Assembly (NCBI GenBank): GCA_950097015.1 | Contig: CATNEN010000038.1 | Location: 19,654,001 to 19,718,000, forward strand | Direction: 5' to 3' | Origin: Macrostomum hystrix | Taxonomy: Eukaryota > Animalia > Platyhelminthes | Length of the DNA: 64,000 nt | Shown here: positions 51,501 to 61,910 of the stretch, piece after piece | Layout of the letters: the number at the start of each line of letters is the position of its first letter | Position numbering within the stretch: position 1 is the stretch's first letter | Position numbers and translations under genes: made by a program | The notes under the pieces: generated by a model | What the model was told of the DNA's origin: nothing | The model's input: only the letters and a program-made list of their open reading frames with translations | The model's database searches: none

Positions 51501-52066
51501 ATTTATTTTTGAAAAGTTTGAAATTTCGTTTGAAGTTTGAGCTAAAGCTAACGATGCGATTGGCGATAAAGCGCTACTTTTTTAGATCGTTAAATGTTTA
51601 AATCGTATTTACTTTGCGCAAGAACGGCAGCTTTTTTTAAATAACTGACGATCACAACTGACGACTGACGCCCCAGTCCGCGGACTGAACAGCTGTAGGC
51701 GGCGAATCACCCAGCCTATTATCTACTGAATGCTATTTATAATTTCGTCACCAGGCGGTTGCCACCGGAAATCACCGATCCAAGCCGGAACTTGTTGACA
51801 AACTGGCCGCATTGGCTGAGCGTCTGGCGCCGCGCAAGCCTCGCCTGGCCCAGTTGCACCTGGAACCGGAGCTGTTCCGCTTGCTAGCCGGCCTATCGAC
51901 TGCGCCAGGAGCCGGCTCGGTGGCCCTGAAGGGCAGCGTCTACCGCCTGGCCCAGACTCTCGCTAGCTACTCAAGCGCTAGCGAACTGTTGGACAGAGCT
52001 CGCTCCAATGCCCAGTGCACACCGCAGGCTGTGGCTATGCTGGAGGATGCACTAAGGCAGCAATGA
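24823..52066 (+). CDS. TOGARAM1: TOG array regulator of axonemal microtubules (crescerin/FAM179B-like), ~1979 aa; exons 24823-25211, 25432-25774, 26809-27552, 28845-29193, 30908-31017, 34193-34688, 35120-35410, 36493-36630, 37109-37177, 39332-39549, 41150-41271, 41649-41905, 42335-42451, 43455-43834, 44105-44203, 47324-47444, 47870-48314, 48751-48835, 49234-49839, 51138-51386, 51755-52066
   Basis: HEAT/TOG motifs (LDDVNFRI, LEHRNSRVRQE, VKNLRSQVSRLA, DGSQETRYWGRK, LCDSNSKVQ) in a TOG-TOG-linker-TOG-TOG layout; linker motifs KGKLPWE, SPVPLKPQLARS, IVGRGVF. All 21 exons chain in phase (5940 nt). Low-complexity linker exons (especially 35120-37177) are less certain. Confidence 0.9.
25790..26402. 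repeat. 21-bp minisatellite (TGTAGGATAGAATGGATCTAC)
   Basis: Starts ~15 nt after the TOGARAM1 exon-2 donor. Confidence 0.97.
27610..28735. repeat. 16/17-bp minisatellite (GACACGGGAGAGATGA)
   Basis: Fills the GC-AG intron of TOGARAM1. Confidence 0.95.
29330..30370. repeat. ~30-bp minisatellite (CATGATTGGGTGTAGAAAGCCTCATCATAA)
   Basis: Direct inspection. Confidence 0.93.
31040..31440. repeat. ~41-bp minisatellite (CACCTCATTCCTCACGCCTCCATTCCAGACCATAGAACACC)
   Basis: Direct inspection. Confidence 0.9.
31920..32740. repeat. 51-bp minisatellite (AATGACCTATTCTGGCTAAGAAATGACCATTTTGAGGTTCAGAATGGCAGG)
   Basis: Direct inspection. Confidence 0.93.
33665..34020 (-). mobile_element. SINE family A, near full-length copy
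   Basis: Colinear with the 20578 and 48342 copies. Confidence 0.85.
35630..35845. repeat. 84-bp tandem repeat, ~2.5 copies
   Basis: Exact copies, each with AGGTCA-GCAA-AGGTCA. Confidence 0.92.
37218..38445. repeat. 14-bp minisatellite (GTCTGACACTCCCT)
   Basis: Direct inspection. Confidence 0.97.
38900..39290. repeat. Compound 12-bp and ~33-bp pyrimidine-rich repeats
   Basis: TCTATCTCACTG and CTGTCTGATCTAATCTCCCAGTCTCCTTATATT units. Confidence 0.85.
40230..41005. repeat. 20-bp minisatellite (ACTGAGGGGATAACTGACAA)
   Basis: Direct inspection. Confidence 0.97.
41970..42200. repeat. Degenerate ~41-bp repeat with GAGGTCATCTGACCCC
   Basis: About six copies. Confidence 0.8.
42950..43225 (-). mobile_element. 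SINE family A copy (internal deletions)
   Basis: Shared core and tRNA-like head. Confidence 0.8.
44290..44975. repeat. 22-bp minisatellite (TGACAATGTCTGACACAAAGAT)
   Basis: Direct inspection. Confidence 0.95.
45447..45708 (+). mobile_element. SINE family A copy interrupted by a foldback element (resumes ~46946)
   Basis: A box TGGCAGAGCGG, B box GAGCTCGATTCC; the body stops at CAGCGGAAC and continues as GGGCAGAA after the insertion. Confidence 0.85.
45709..46936. mobile_element. Foldback/MULE-like non-autonomous DNA transposon, 1228 bp
   Basis: 9-bp TSD CAGCGGAAC (45700-45708, 46937-46945); ~400-bp near-perfect inverted arms (~45900-46290 vs 46512-46900); 14-bp tandem subrepeats GAGATTTGCCCGTC; near-identical mirror 88-aa ORFs on opposite strands. 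Confidence 0.88.
47510..47815. repeat. Degenerate ~35-bp repeat with GGGGTCACTTGACCTC
   Basis: About nine copies; the core is similar to the reverse complement of the 41970 array core. Confidence 0.8.
48342..48705 (-). mobile_element. SINE family A, full-length copy
   Basis: (AAT)n tail, full body, head with reverse-strand TGGCAGAGCGG A box and TTCGATTCC B box. Confidence 0.87.
48880..49125. repeat. Purine-rich low-complexity repeat (GGGGGAGAGAAT-like)
   Basis: Intron 48836-49233. Confidence 0.85.
49937..50290 (-). mobile_element. SINE family A copy
   Basis: Colinear with the other copies; tail and tRNA-like head present. Confidence 0.85.
50545..51035. repeat. 22-bp purine-rich minisatellite (GGGGGAGAATAGGAGAGTTAGA)
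   Basis: Direct inspection. Confidence 0.95.
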
Positions 52067-52229
52067 GTTTGAATTTTTTTCCGTAATTTCTTTTCTTCTG
52101 TGATTTTTTTCTTCTGTTTTTGCCTCAGTGCATTGTTGACCGTTCTCCATATTTAGATGTTAATGTAGGTTAATGTTATTTGTCAGGACTGTTGTTTAAT
52201 TTTTAATGAACGCGTCTGTACTGATATAG

Positions 52230-52485
52230 GTCCACACACCCAAATCCATGGTGTCCACACCCAAATCCATGGTGTATACACCCAAATCCATTTTGTATAC
52301 ACCCAAATCCATTTTGTATACACCCAAATCCATTTTGTATACACCCAAAAATCCATTTTTATACACCAAAATCCATTTTGTACACACCAAAATCCATGGT
52401 GTTACACACACCCAAATCCATGTTGTACACACACCCAAATCCATCGTGTACACACCCAAGTCCATGGTTTACATACACCCAAATC
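52230..52485. repeat. 21-bp minisatellite (ACACCCAAATCCATTTTGTAT)
   Basis: Just downstream of the TOGARAM1 stop codon. Confidence 0.9.
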
Positions 52486-53084
52486 TATATGATGGTTTTG
52501 CAAGTGGAAGTGGAACCAAATTTAATATTGTATCAATACCCACAGAGCCCTTGGAATTAAAGTATTAATTTCGATCAAGTGAGTCAATGCTCAGAGTGTG
52601 TGCCACGTATTTTAACCGATTAATGAATAGCGTCGAATGTTTATTAGTATAATAACTTAGTATAATAATTTGTTTATAATCACAGCGCCGATCAATTTAA
52701 ACGTGTTCGTGTGTACATTCCCTTTAATCTGTGCTTTGGCTCTTTATAAAAACACAATAGAGGATGATTCTACGAGTTTTGCCTCTCTCAACTGTGACAA
52801 CTTTTGTGGTATCAACTTACGAGTATGTGTCTTGTGTCTCTATAGGATGTTCTTCTCGAAGCTTTGCTAATTCATTTTTCGCTCAAAATTGATAATTTAT
52901 TGCCTTAAACCAATTTTTTTACGTCATTGCTATTTTATTGATTTAATAATGAACAGCTTCTGCTCAATTTGCATCTCTCTGCTAATATAACCTGTTGTTT
53001 ATTTATTACTAATCGTAAATTTAGCTTCAGAGAATGCCAAGAACAAAAAAGTGTGAGGAACTCAATGTTAATTAGCCTTCTATA

Positions 53085-53390
53085 CAATTAATTAATATTT
53101 GTATGAAGGCTGCGGGCAATGGCGCATCATTTGGTGACACTAGACCCGCAGCCAACGAGGATTCAATTCTGCTCATTTCGCTGACTCCTGAGCACACAGT
53201 CATGTACGCTCACACAGGTGTGTACATCTGCTCTGACTTTCTCATCGTCAGGCAGTGTACAATTTCACTGTGCCTTTGAGATTGACCGTCAACGGTGTGA
53301 ATTTCACGACAAGCCTTCTTTCCGCGGCTGCGCCCCAAATGAATGTGGCCTCGCCACAGATTCGAACTCGTGACCCTAGGCACGAAAGCT
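53085..53390 (-). mobile_element. SINE family A copy (diverged)
   Basis: Shared 3' stem, core and reverse-strand B box (GTTCGAATC). Confidence 0.8.
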
Positions 53391-54429
53391 ATTTTTGTTC
53401 TTGACACAAACGGTGTAACTTTTAACATCAATATTTTCAATCAAGATCTGATTTGGTTAAAAGTGAACATATTTTTATTAAAAACTATCTGTCTAATCGT
53501 TTTATTTATAATTATGAAATGAATCTTCTCGATGAACACCTTTAAAATCTTAATTGGTAGATTTCCTCACCAATGTTGTTCTTGAGTGATTGATGTGATT
53601 GATCTACGCCGAATTTTTCGAATTTTTTAGTAAATGATTCTTTCAATGTACAGTCAATCTTTGAAGTTACATATTTTGTTATTTATAGTAGATATTTATA
53701 GAATTTGTTTGAACTTACAAAACAATTCAAGCAGTGATATGAGATTTATACTCTATTTTGAATTTAACAAACAGACAAACAAAAACTCCGTCCCACAAAA
53801 ATATAGCTTTTTATCTTCTGTGATTATATTATTTTCTGACATTCAGTTTATACATTCTACACAAAAAATGTGTTCTATCTCTTCTGTGCATTCCAAAGTT
53901 AATACAATAATCGTACTAAACAGTATATGTAAATTTCCGTCCGAGTCTGTACTCTGTTGCGTATTCTTAGAGGATTGCGCAGCCAGATTTGACAAATGGT
54001 CACAGGCCCGTAACCTCAGCTTTGTTTCTTGCTTGATTTTATAATTTTGTTTATTTAAGAAAGCATGCACTAGATTTAGATGGCAGAATTGTAATACACG
54101 CTAACAAATCACAAAATACACCTTGATAAAAGTAACTTTTTTTCATTTAATAAATCTCTGATTTAAACAAATATTTTAAATTGAAACCTACAATACTTGT
54201 CATTTAGATGTGGCTGGGTCGCAGACTGAACATCTGTACACAGCCAAACAATTATCAAACGAAAATTACCACCGAATTTCGGAGACACGAGTCGCACTTT
54301 GAATTAAAGAACTGATGAAAGAACACTTCTAAAATAATGGTCGTAGCTTTTTTAGTTTCAAATATGGCAAAAATAAAACAAAAAACATTAAATTTAAACT
54401 TCAAGTGTACATAAATACAGCCATCACAA

Positions 54430-55718
54430 TCACTTTGGTTTAGGCAATTCGGATGTATTCCTGAAATCCCAATAGCGTCTAGAATCCGCTTCTAACCAAG
54501 CTCGCTTCTCGTTAAGTACATCTGAAATGAAGGCGGAGATGAAATTGATAGAAAGGTGGCCTTTTGTAAAGTATCATATATTGAAGTACAGATCAATCGA
54601 CGCCATTATCGACGACAACACCAATATGACCGACACGTTGGGAGCCTCAAGCCAAGGTAAAAACGTATACTCCCGACTTGAAGGTCGGTTTTACAGAGTC
54701 TTATCTCTCCCCTCCCCTCTCTCTCTCCCCTCTGTAAAACAGAGTTTTACAGAGTACAGAGTTACAAGTCGGTTTCTTGACTCCACTGGAACAATTTGAT
54801 TCCTTTAGCAATACACTTAATTCTCTGCATTGCTTCAGTTCACCCTGCTCGGTATACTACCGGCAGCTGTGCTGTCGGTAGCATTTTATGGGTAATCAAC
54901 CCCAGCTGTATATGCCGCCTCTTAAAGTGCACCATTGTACATCTGGGCTAACTTCGTGGTTTAAGAGATAGTGTAATTGTTATTACTTCCCCATTTTCTC
55001 TGTATTTGTTTACGCTCTTATAGTACTCTCTCCTCTCTCCCTCCATCTGTTCAACTTCTTAGCTAAGCTTCACTTCTCTTTCCTCTCCCTCGTCTCTGAT
55101 TGGCTAGCTGTTCGTCTCTCGTTCCTCACCCCTCCTTTTCAGCTCTTACCGTCTTGGCCCGTCCTTACTCGTGTTACCCTGCTGCCCCTCCTAATCTATT
55201 GTTTAATATATTTGATTCTCGGCCTAGGATGGCCAAGAACCACTAAGAAGAAAGAGAGAACACTTTGTTTCTTGGAAAACAATTTAAAGGCTGATTTTTA
55301 AGTAAAAATTCACTAGCTAAAAATAACTTTTTACTCACTAAAACTATATGAGCAGTCTTATTAGCCGAAACTCACCTTCTGCGGTGGGCAGCACTCCCTT
55401 CACCTGGGTCTCGGTTGGGCGCAGGGGTTTGCTGAGATGAATTTCCCTTGTTTTCAGCTCCTGACCCATGAACACTTTCGCCTGCAGGCTGACTGTGTCC
55501 ATCGGCGGATCTTTGACCAGACTGCGGGCCAAAAGTTGAGCCTGAATCTCTTGCAGACGGTCCTTAGCAAACGGTGCTTCAAATGCTTGCAACACTTCCT
55601 CGTAGTGCTGCTGGCTGATTGGTCTCTGTAGTTCGCGTCTAGTGCAACAATTTGGCCGTTTTTGCTGTTTTTGCTTGTTTGTACCGCTAGCTGCAGGATT
55701 CGATAAGTCATTCGACAT
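54430..55718 (-). CDS. Uncharacterised 144-aa protein; exons 55718-55376 and 54521-54430
   Basis: ATG at 55718, donor AG|GTGAGT at 55375, acceptor TTTCAG| at 54522; a phase-1 join gives ...PTAE-DVLNEKRAWLEADSRRYWDFRNTSELPKPK-stop. No family recognised. Confidence 0.65.
54670..54900 (+). mobile_element. SINE family B degraded copy
   Basis: TGGAACAATTTG...CTCTGCATTGCTTCAGTTCACCC matches the other family B copies. Confidence 0.55.
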
Positions 55719-55843
55719 TGCTTTGGAAGTAAAGTGCTGTCTATTTTAGTCTGAGAAGAAGATTAGAAAGATTAGAAAGTAGAGCCCGGAGACAGGATGG
55801 CAGAGCATTGCTCTGGCAGGCACATTCCCTATAGGCCATTGTG

Positions 55844-55858
55844 GTCTCCGTTGGCAAC
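55844..55858 (-). promoter_or_regulatory. RFX X-box-like motif upstream of the 144-aa orphan
   Basis: GTCTCC-GTT-GGCAAC, ~125 nt upstream of the minus-strand ATG. Confidence 0.45.
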
Positions 55859-56112
55859 AGGTTGGGCAGAAGCGATTTCAGCAACCCACAGCCCTCCGGG
55901 AGAGGAAGTATATGCGGGGCTGCACGTGAAATTCAAACATGCGGGGAAAGATAAAGTACATGTGAGCGAGCTGTGCACCGGCGTCCCCGACTGAAGCCGT
56001 ATGGCTTGAATGTACATTTGAAGTCGGGACTAGAATTGTATAATTTGCATATACCTGCTTTCAAATTCACACGTATACATGAATACATGATTAGGCATTG
56101 AGACAAAGCGCT

Positions 56113-58237
56113 TTCAAGGATGGCTCATTGCGCTGGCCTCAGGTTTTGAAGGATGACTCATTGAGCTGGCCTCAGGTTCTGAAGGATGGCTCATTGAGCT
56201 GGCCTCAGGTTTTGAAGGATGACTCATTGAGCTGGCCTCAGGTTTTGAAGGATGACTCATTGAGCTGGCCTCAGGTTTTGAAGGATGGCTCATTGAGCTG
56301 GCCTCAGGTTTTGAAGGATGGCTCATTGAGCTGGCCTCAGGTTTTGAAGGATGGCTCATTGAGTTGGCCTAAGGTTTTGAAGGATGGCTCATTGAGCTGG
56401 CCTCAGGTTTTGAAGGATGACTCATTGAGCTGGCCTCAGGTTTGGAAGGATGGCTCATTGAGCTGGCCTCAGGTTTTGAAGGATGGTTCATTGAGCTGGC
56501 CTCAGGTTTTGAAGGATGGCTCATTGAGTTGGCCTCAGGTTCTGAAGGATGGCTCATTGAGTTGGCCTCAGGTTTTGAAGGATGGCTCATTGAGGTGGCC
56601 TCAGGTTTTGAAGGATGGATCATTGAGGTGGCCTCAGGTTTTGAAGGATGGCTCATTGCACTGGCCTCAGGTTCTGAAGGATGGCTCATTGAGCTGGCCT
56701 CAGGTTTTGAAGGATGGCTCATTGAGCTGGCCTCAGGTTTTGAAGGATGGCTCATTGAGGTGGCCTCAGGTTTTGAAGGATGGCTCATTGAGCTGGCCTC
56801 AGGTTTTGAAGGATGGCTCATTGAGCTGGCCTCAGGTTCTGAAGGATGGCTCATTGAGCTGGCCTCAGGTTTTGAAGGATGGCTCATTGAGCTGGCCTCA
56901 GGTTTTGAAGGATGACTCATTGAGCTGGCCTCAGGTTTTGAAGGATGACTCATTGAGCTGGCCTCAGGTTTTGAAGGATGACTCATTGAGCTGGCCTCAG
57001 GTTTTGAAGGATGGCTCATTGAGCTGGCCTCAGGTTTTGAAGGATGGCTCATTGAGCTGGCCTCAGGTTTTGAAGGATGGCTCATTGAGCTGGCCTCAGG
57101 TTTTGAAGGATGGCTCATTGAGCTGGCCTCAGGTTTTGAAGGATGGCTCATTGAGCTGGCCTAAGGTTTTGAAGGATGGCTCATTGAGCTGGCCTAAGGT
57201 TTTGAAGGATGGCTCATTGAGCTGGCCTAAGGTTTTGAAGGATGGCTTATTGAGCTGGCCTAAGGTTTTGAAGGATGACTCATTGAGCTGGCCTAAGGTT
57301 TTGAAGGATGGCTCATTGAGCTGGCCTCAGGTTTTGAAGGATGGCTCATTGAGCTGGCCTAAGGTTTTGAAGGATGACTCATTGAGCTGGCCTCAGGTTT
57401 TGAAGGATGGCTCATTGAGCTGGCCTCAGGTTCTGAAGGATGGCTCATTGAGCTGGCCTCAGGTTTTGAAGGATGACTCATTGAGCTGGCCTCAGGTTCT
57501 GAAGGATGGCTCATTGAGCTGGCCTCAGGTTTTGAAGGATGACTCATTGAGCTGGCCTCAGGTTTTGAAGGATGACTCATTGAGCTGGCCTCAGGTTTTG
57601 AAGGATGGCTCATTGAGCTGGCCTCAGGTTCTGAAGGATGGCTCATTGAGCTGGCCTCAGGTTTTGAAGGATGACTCATTGAGCTGGCCTCAGGTTTTGA
57701 AGGATGACTCATTGAGCTGGCCTCAGGTTTTGAAGGATGGCTCATTGAGCTGGCCTCAGGTTTTGAAGGATGACTCATTGAGCTGGCCTCAGGTTCTGAA
57801 GGATGGCTCATTGAGCTGGCCTCAGGTTCTGAAGGATGGCTCATTGAGCTGGCCTCAGGTTTTGAAGGATGGCTCATTGAGCTGGCCTCAGGTTTTGAAG
57901 GATGACTCATTGAGCTGGCCTCAGGTTTTGAAGGATGACTCATTGAGCTGGCCTCAGGTTCTGAAGGATGGCTCATTGAGTTGGCCTCAGGTTTTGAAGG
58001 ATGACTCATTGAGCTGGCCTCAGGTTTTGAAGGATGGTTCATTGAGCTGGCCTCAGGTTTTGAAGGATGGCTCATTGAGCTGGCCTCAGGTTTTGAAGGA
58101 TGACTCATTGAGCTGGCCTCAGGTTTTGAAGGATGGTTCATTGAGTTGGCCTCAGGTTTTGAAGGATGGCTCATTGAGCTGGCCTCAGGTTTTGAAGGAT
58201 GGCTCATTGAGCTGGCCTCAGGTTTTGAAGGATGGCT
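56113..58237. repeat. 33-bp minisatellite (GAAGGATGGCTCATTGAGCTGGCCTCAGGTTTT), ~64 copies
   Basis: Direct inspection. Confidence 0.97.
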
Positions 58238-59044
58238 CTGTAGCTACACAAAAATTTGCTATAGGTGCTAAACATTATCAACAAACTGTTTCACAAAGGC
58301 AGTGCTTTAATGAAATGGGGCAGCATGTTGGTACGAGCTTAAGTGGATATTGGTTTATTTTTCGTAGTCCAAAAAAATGGTATCTCTGTTTTTAACAGTT
58401 CCCATCCCGTTATCTAGCGAACAATAAAAAGCATCTTCAAACTGTGAGCACAGTTTAAGCAATAAACAGCACCTATCGTGTATCGCTTATCGTGAGAAAC
58501 AGTCTGCTCACTTGACAGAAGAAAGAGGGCCCACAGAAACCAAACTACCAGCTGTAGCCATGCAGAGGGACAGACATCGCGCTGTCTAATGCGTATACGG
58601 TAGAGATGGGCCATATCAGTCTATAGCTCAGTAAGAGTAGCTCTGTAGCTCTATTGTAAAAGCACGACCAACCTCTGAGTAGAGAGGGGAGGAGCCATTT
58701 CAAGTTGCTATACCATTCTGGAGTCGTTGCATCTTCGCAATTAGAAGTGTAATGCGCACACGCATTAGTTATTTCTAACGCATATAGCAGCGCTAGCAAG
58801 AGAACCTTTAGAGTCCACACAGCCTAATTGGCTTTGTCAATTGTTTCAAGAGCAATTATTCATCTTCTATATAAGTATCATTTTCACAATTCCAACTGCA
58901 GTTTGTCTGCCGCAAAAGATTGGTCTGCTGTTAGTGTTTCGCTCTCTATTTAAGAAGGCACGAACATTTGTGTCTTTTCAGTGAGTCTTTCTATGACTAG
59001 TTTTGGACTTCAATAAGACAGGCTGCATTCAGTTTCGTGTGCAG

Positions 59045-60664
59045 ATGGCGCCTGCCAAAAAGACAGCAAGCGTTGAAAGAAGCCCAGTCAGCGGACCGCC
59101 CCTATACTTCAGTGTAATCTATGCCGGTAAGCTTTTGACCTTGGCGTTACTATGGATGGAGTTTGGCTGAGTGGCATGCGGAGCGGTAAATGCGTTTGCC
59201 ACTCGCACCAATGACCCTGAGCTCGATTCCGCAGCGAGGCCACATTCATTCGGGGGGGCAAGGCTTGGGGGCTTGTCGTGCAATTTACTTGAGGGCCGTT
59301 GACGGGCCAACCTCCAAGTCAAAGTGAGAATGTACACTGCCTGACGATGAGAAAGTCAGTACAGATGTACACACCTGTGTGCGTGTGTGCTCAGGAGTCA
59401 GCGAAATGGGCAGAATTGTAGGTCTACCGTCACTAAATGACGTGCGATTGCCTGCAGCCTCCTGCATCATTAACATTATCATTATTATTATGGATTAGCA
59501 ATCTAAGGCAGTTAGATGTGTTTCATTCTTTACAAATTTAAATTTGCAGACAACAAAACAGCCATGTTCAACATCGCCTGTCAGAAGGAGCACTTAGTCA
59601 GCGCAATTCGACGACGATGCAGGTTGGAACGACAAGGTGAGAGAATTCGGTCTGAGTTGAGTACACGTAGAAGATTATTATTCTTCAGAAGACCCTGGTG
59701 ACAAGAACCAGTAGCATTGTATTAACTTCTAAGGCGAATCCGTATTGATTCAAGGAAAAAATCATTAATCCAAAAATAGTTAACAATGATGATAGCCGAC
59801 ATGACATGAGAAAAAACAAAAAGTTTGGGTAATTGAAATCCCCCAAATGTCTTTCTAACTGCTGATAAAAATAGATTATACTTGTCCCGATCGAGCAAGA
59901 CGTGCGGCCAACAGCACAGCCGCAGAGCTGTTGCGCAACGCATCGGAAGGCTGCGTACTGCTGTTTGGTTCATGGACTACAGGGGGTGCACTCAATCCAT
60001 CCATCGGTGAAGTGAAGCAACCCAGAGTAAATTGTCTTGCTAAAAGGACACAAATTGTTCCATTGCAATCGGGAATCGAACCCAGACCATCAATTCGTAC
60101 ACGAGTCCGACGCTCTAACCACTAGGATTAGTTAAATTTGATCTATCAAAGTATCGTACTCATGCTTAACATGCAGTGGAAATTGATCTCTGGACTACTC
60201 GAGGCGAATTGGTGAAACTGACGGATCGCTCCGATCAGGACAGCCTAGATGACGTCATTCGGAATCGCGACATTGCAGTGCTGTGCAAATTAGAAGGTAA
60301 ATGATTACCTTAATGTCTAACTGTACGCGAATAACTTAATTGGCTTTGCTTATATACTCCATGACAACTGCCAACTCCAGCCAGCAAGTTCCCAGGCGTT
60401 GAATCACGTCTAGTACCGTTGATCAACGATCTTCACAGCTATCCGGCGCTTCGAGAACTGGCGGATGGCATCAATCAACAGGTTTCCGATCGAGAGGCTA
60501 AAATAGCTCTGAAGCAACAGTCAGTAATGAAACGAACACCAAGATACTCGAGCGCACAGCAGCAGAGCGAAGACGGATCAGAGGCATCGTCAATGGGCAT
60601 GATGAAGGGTCGCATGGCCATCAAACGGATAATGATCATCAATAAGATGACCAAACGGGCCTAA
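59045..60664 (+). CDS. CXorf65/C22orf15-like protein, 190 aa; exons 59045-59126, 59550-59636, 60177-60296, 60381-60664
   Basis: Four exons with GT-AG phase-1 introns give MAPAKK...YFSVIYADNKTAMFNIACQKEHLVSAIRRRC...VEIDLWTTRGELVKL...AVLCKLE...LVPLIN, resembling from memory the CXorf65/C22orf15 pattern (F-I-x-x-G-D-N...N-x-N-C...I-D-L...V-C-K-V-E). Mostly missed by the ORF track. Confidence 0.7.
59170..59490 (+). mobile_element. SINE family A copy (intron 1 of the CXorf65-like gene)
   Basis: GAGCTCGATTCC, core, CCTCCTGCA plus (ATT)n tail. Confidence 0.8.
59880..60125 (-). mobile_element. SINE family B copy
   Basis: Reverse strand TAGTGGTTAGAGCG (A box region), GGGTTCGATTCCC (B box), TGTGTCCTTTTAGCAAGACA core. 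Confidence 0.7.
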
Positions 60665-60904
60665 TTAATTTTATTGAAATTATTGACGTTCACACTGATG
60701 AATGGTGATGAAGAAAACTGTACATAATCCTTGTGTTTTGTCTCGTTTGGCTTTGCAGTCTTAACATCTGACCGAACACGTGCGTGCACAAAACTGGAAA
60801 TCGAAAGAATCGAAATAGTAATTAAACTGGGATGAATTTATGACTGAGTCATTTGAATGCCAATTGCCTTGGATATTTAAATTTCTTGCCGTTTTTTCTT
60901 TCTT

Positions 60905-61215
60905 TCAATTTAACTATTTATTGATTACACTTGCCCCAATCGGGCCGAATGTGCAGCAGACAGCACAGCCGTAGCTATTGCGCTGATCTGAAGGCTGCGT
61001 ACGTCCATGGACTGGGAGGACGCCACACCAACCCTAAACTACCCCAGCTACAGCTGTTACCCATTTAACCATTTAAGTCGGAAGCAATGTAGAGTCAAGT
61101 GTCTTGCCCACAGATACTAAAATAATAACTAGTATCTGTTATCCTAGTACCTGCTGCCTTGCCAAAGGACACAACTTGTTCCATTGGGGTCAGGAATCGA
61201 ACCCACGACATTCAC
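60905..61215 (-). mobile_element. SINE family B copy
   Basis: GAAGGCTGCGTACG...GGACGCCACACC...GAAGCAATG...AAGTGTCTTGCC...GGACACAAC...GGAATCGAACCC. Confidence 0.7.
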
Positions 61216-61379
61216 ACTAAAAAGGGCTGCTATATTGACTGTGCAAAATAGCAGCCCAAAAAAGCAGCGAATGTCGCATAAAGTGTGCGGAATGAGCCGA
61301 AAAGCAGCTGAAGGTTTTTGAAGTTCAAAATTCGCTGCTTTCTTATCGATGCCTTTTGTTATGGAAGCACCCCAATTCG

Positions 61380-61910
61380 CCTCCATCATCATCATCATCG
61401 CCGCCATCAGCATCATCATCGCCGCCATCAGCATCATCATCGCCGCCATCAGCATCATCATAGCCGCCATCCTCATCATCGCCGCCATCATCATCATCAT
61501 CGCCGCCATCATCACCATCGACGCCATCATCATCATCGCCGCCATCCACATCATCATCGCCGCCATCCTTTTCATCATCGCCGCCATCCTTTTCATCATC
61601 GCCGCCATCATCATCATCTTCGATGCCATCATCATCATCGCCGCCATCCTCATCATTATCGCCGCCATCCTCATCGTCATCATCGCCGCCATCAGCATCA
61701 TCATCGCCGCCATCATCATCATCGCCGCCATCCTTTTCATCATCGCCGCCATCCTTTTCATTATCGCCGCCATCATCATCATCGTCGATGCCATTATCAT
61801 CATCGCCGCCATCCTCATCATTATCGCCGCCATCATCATCATCATCGACGCCATGATCACCATCGTCACCATGATCACCATCGTCGCCATGATCACCATC
61901 GCCGCCATCG
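61380..61910. repeat. Compound (CAT)n/(CGC)n trinucleotide repeat
   Basis: Direct inspection. Confidence 0.95.
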
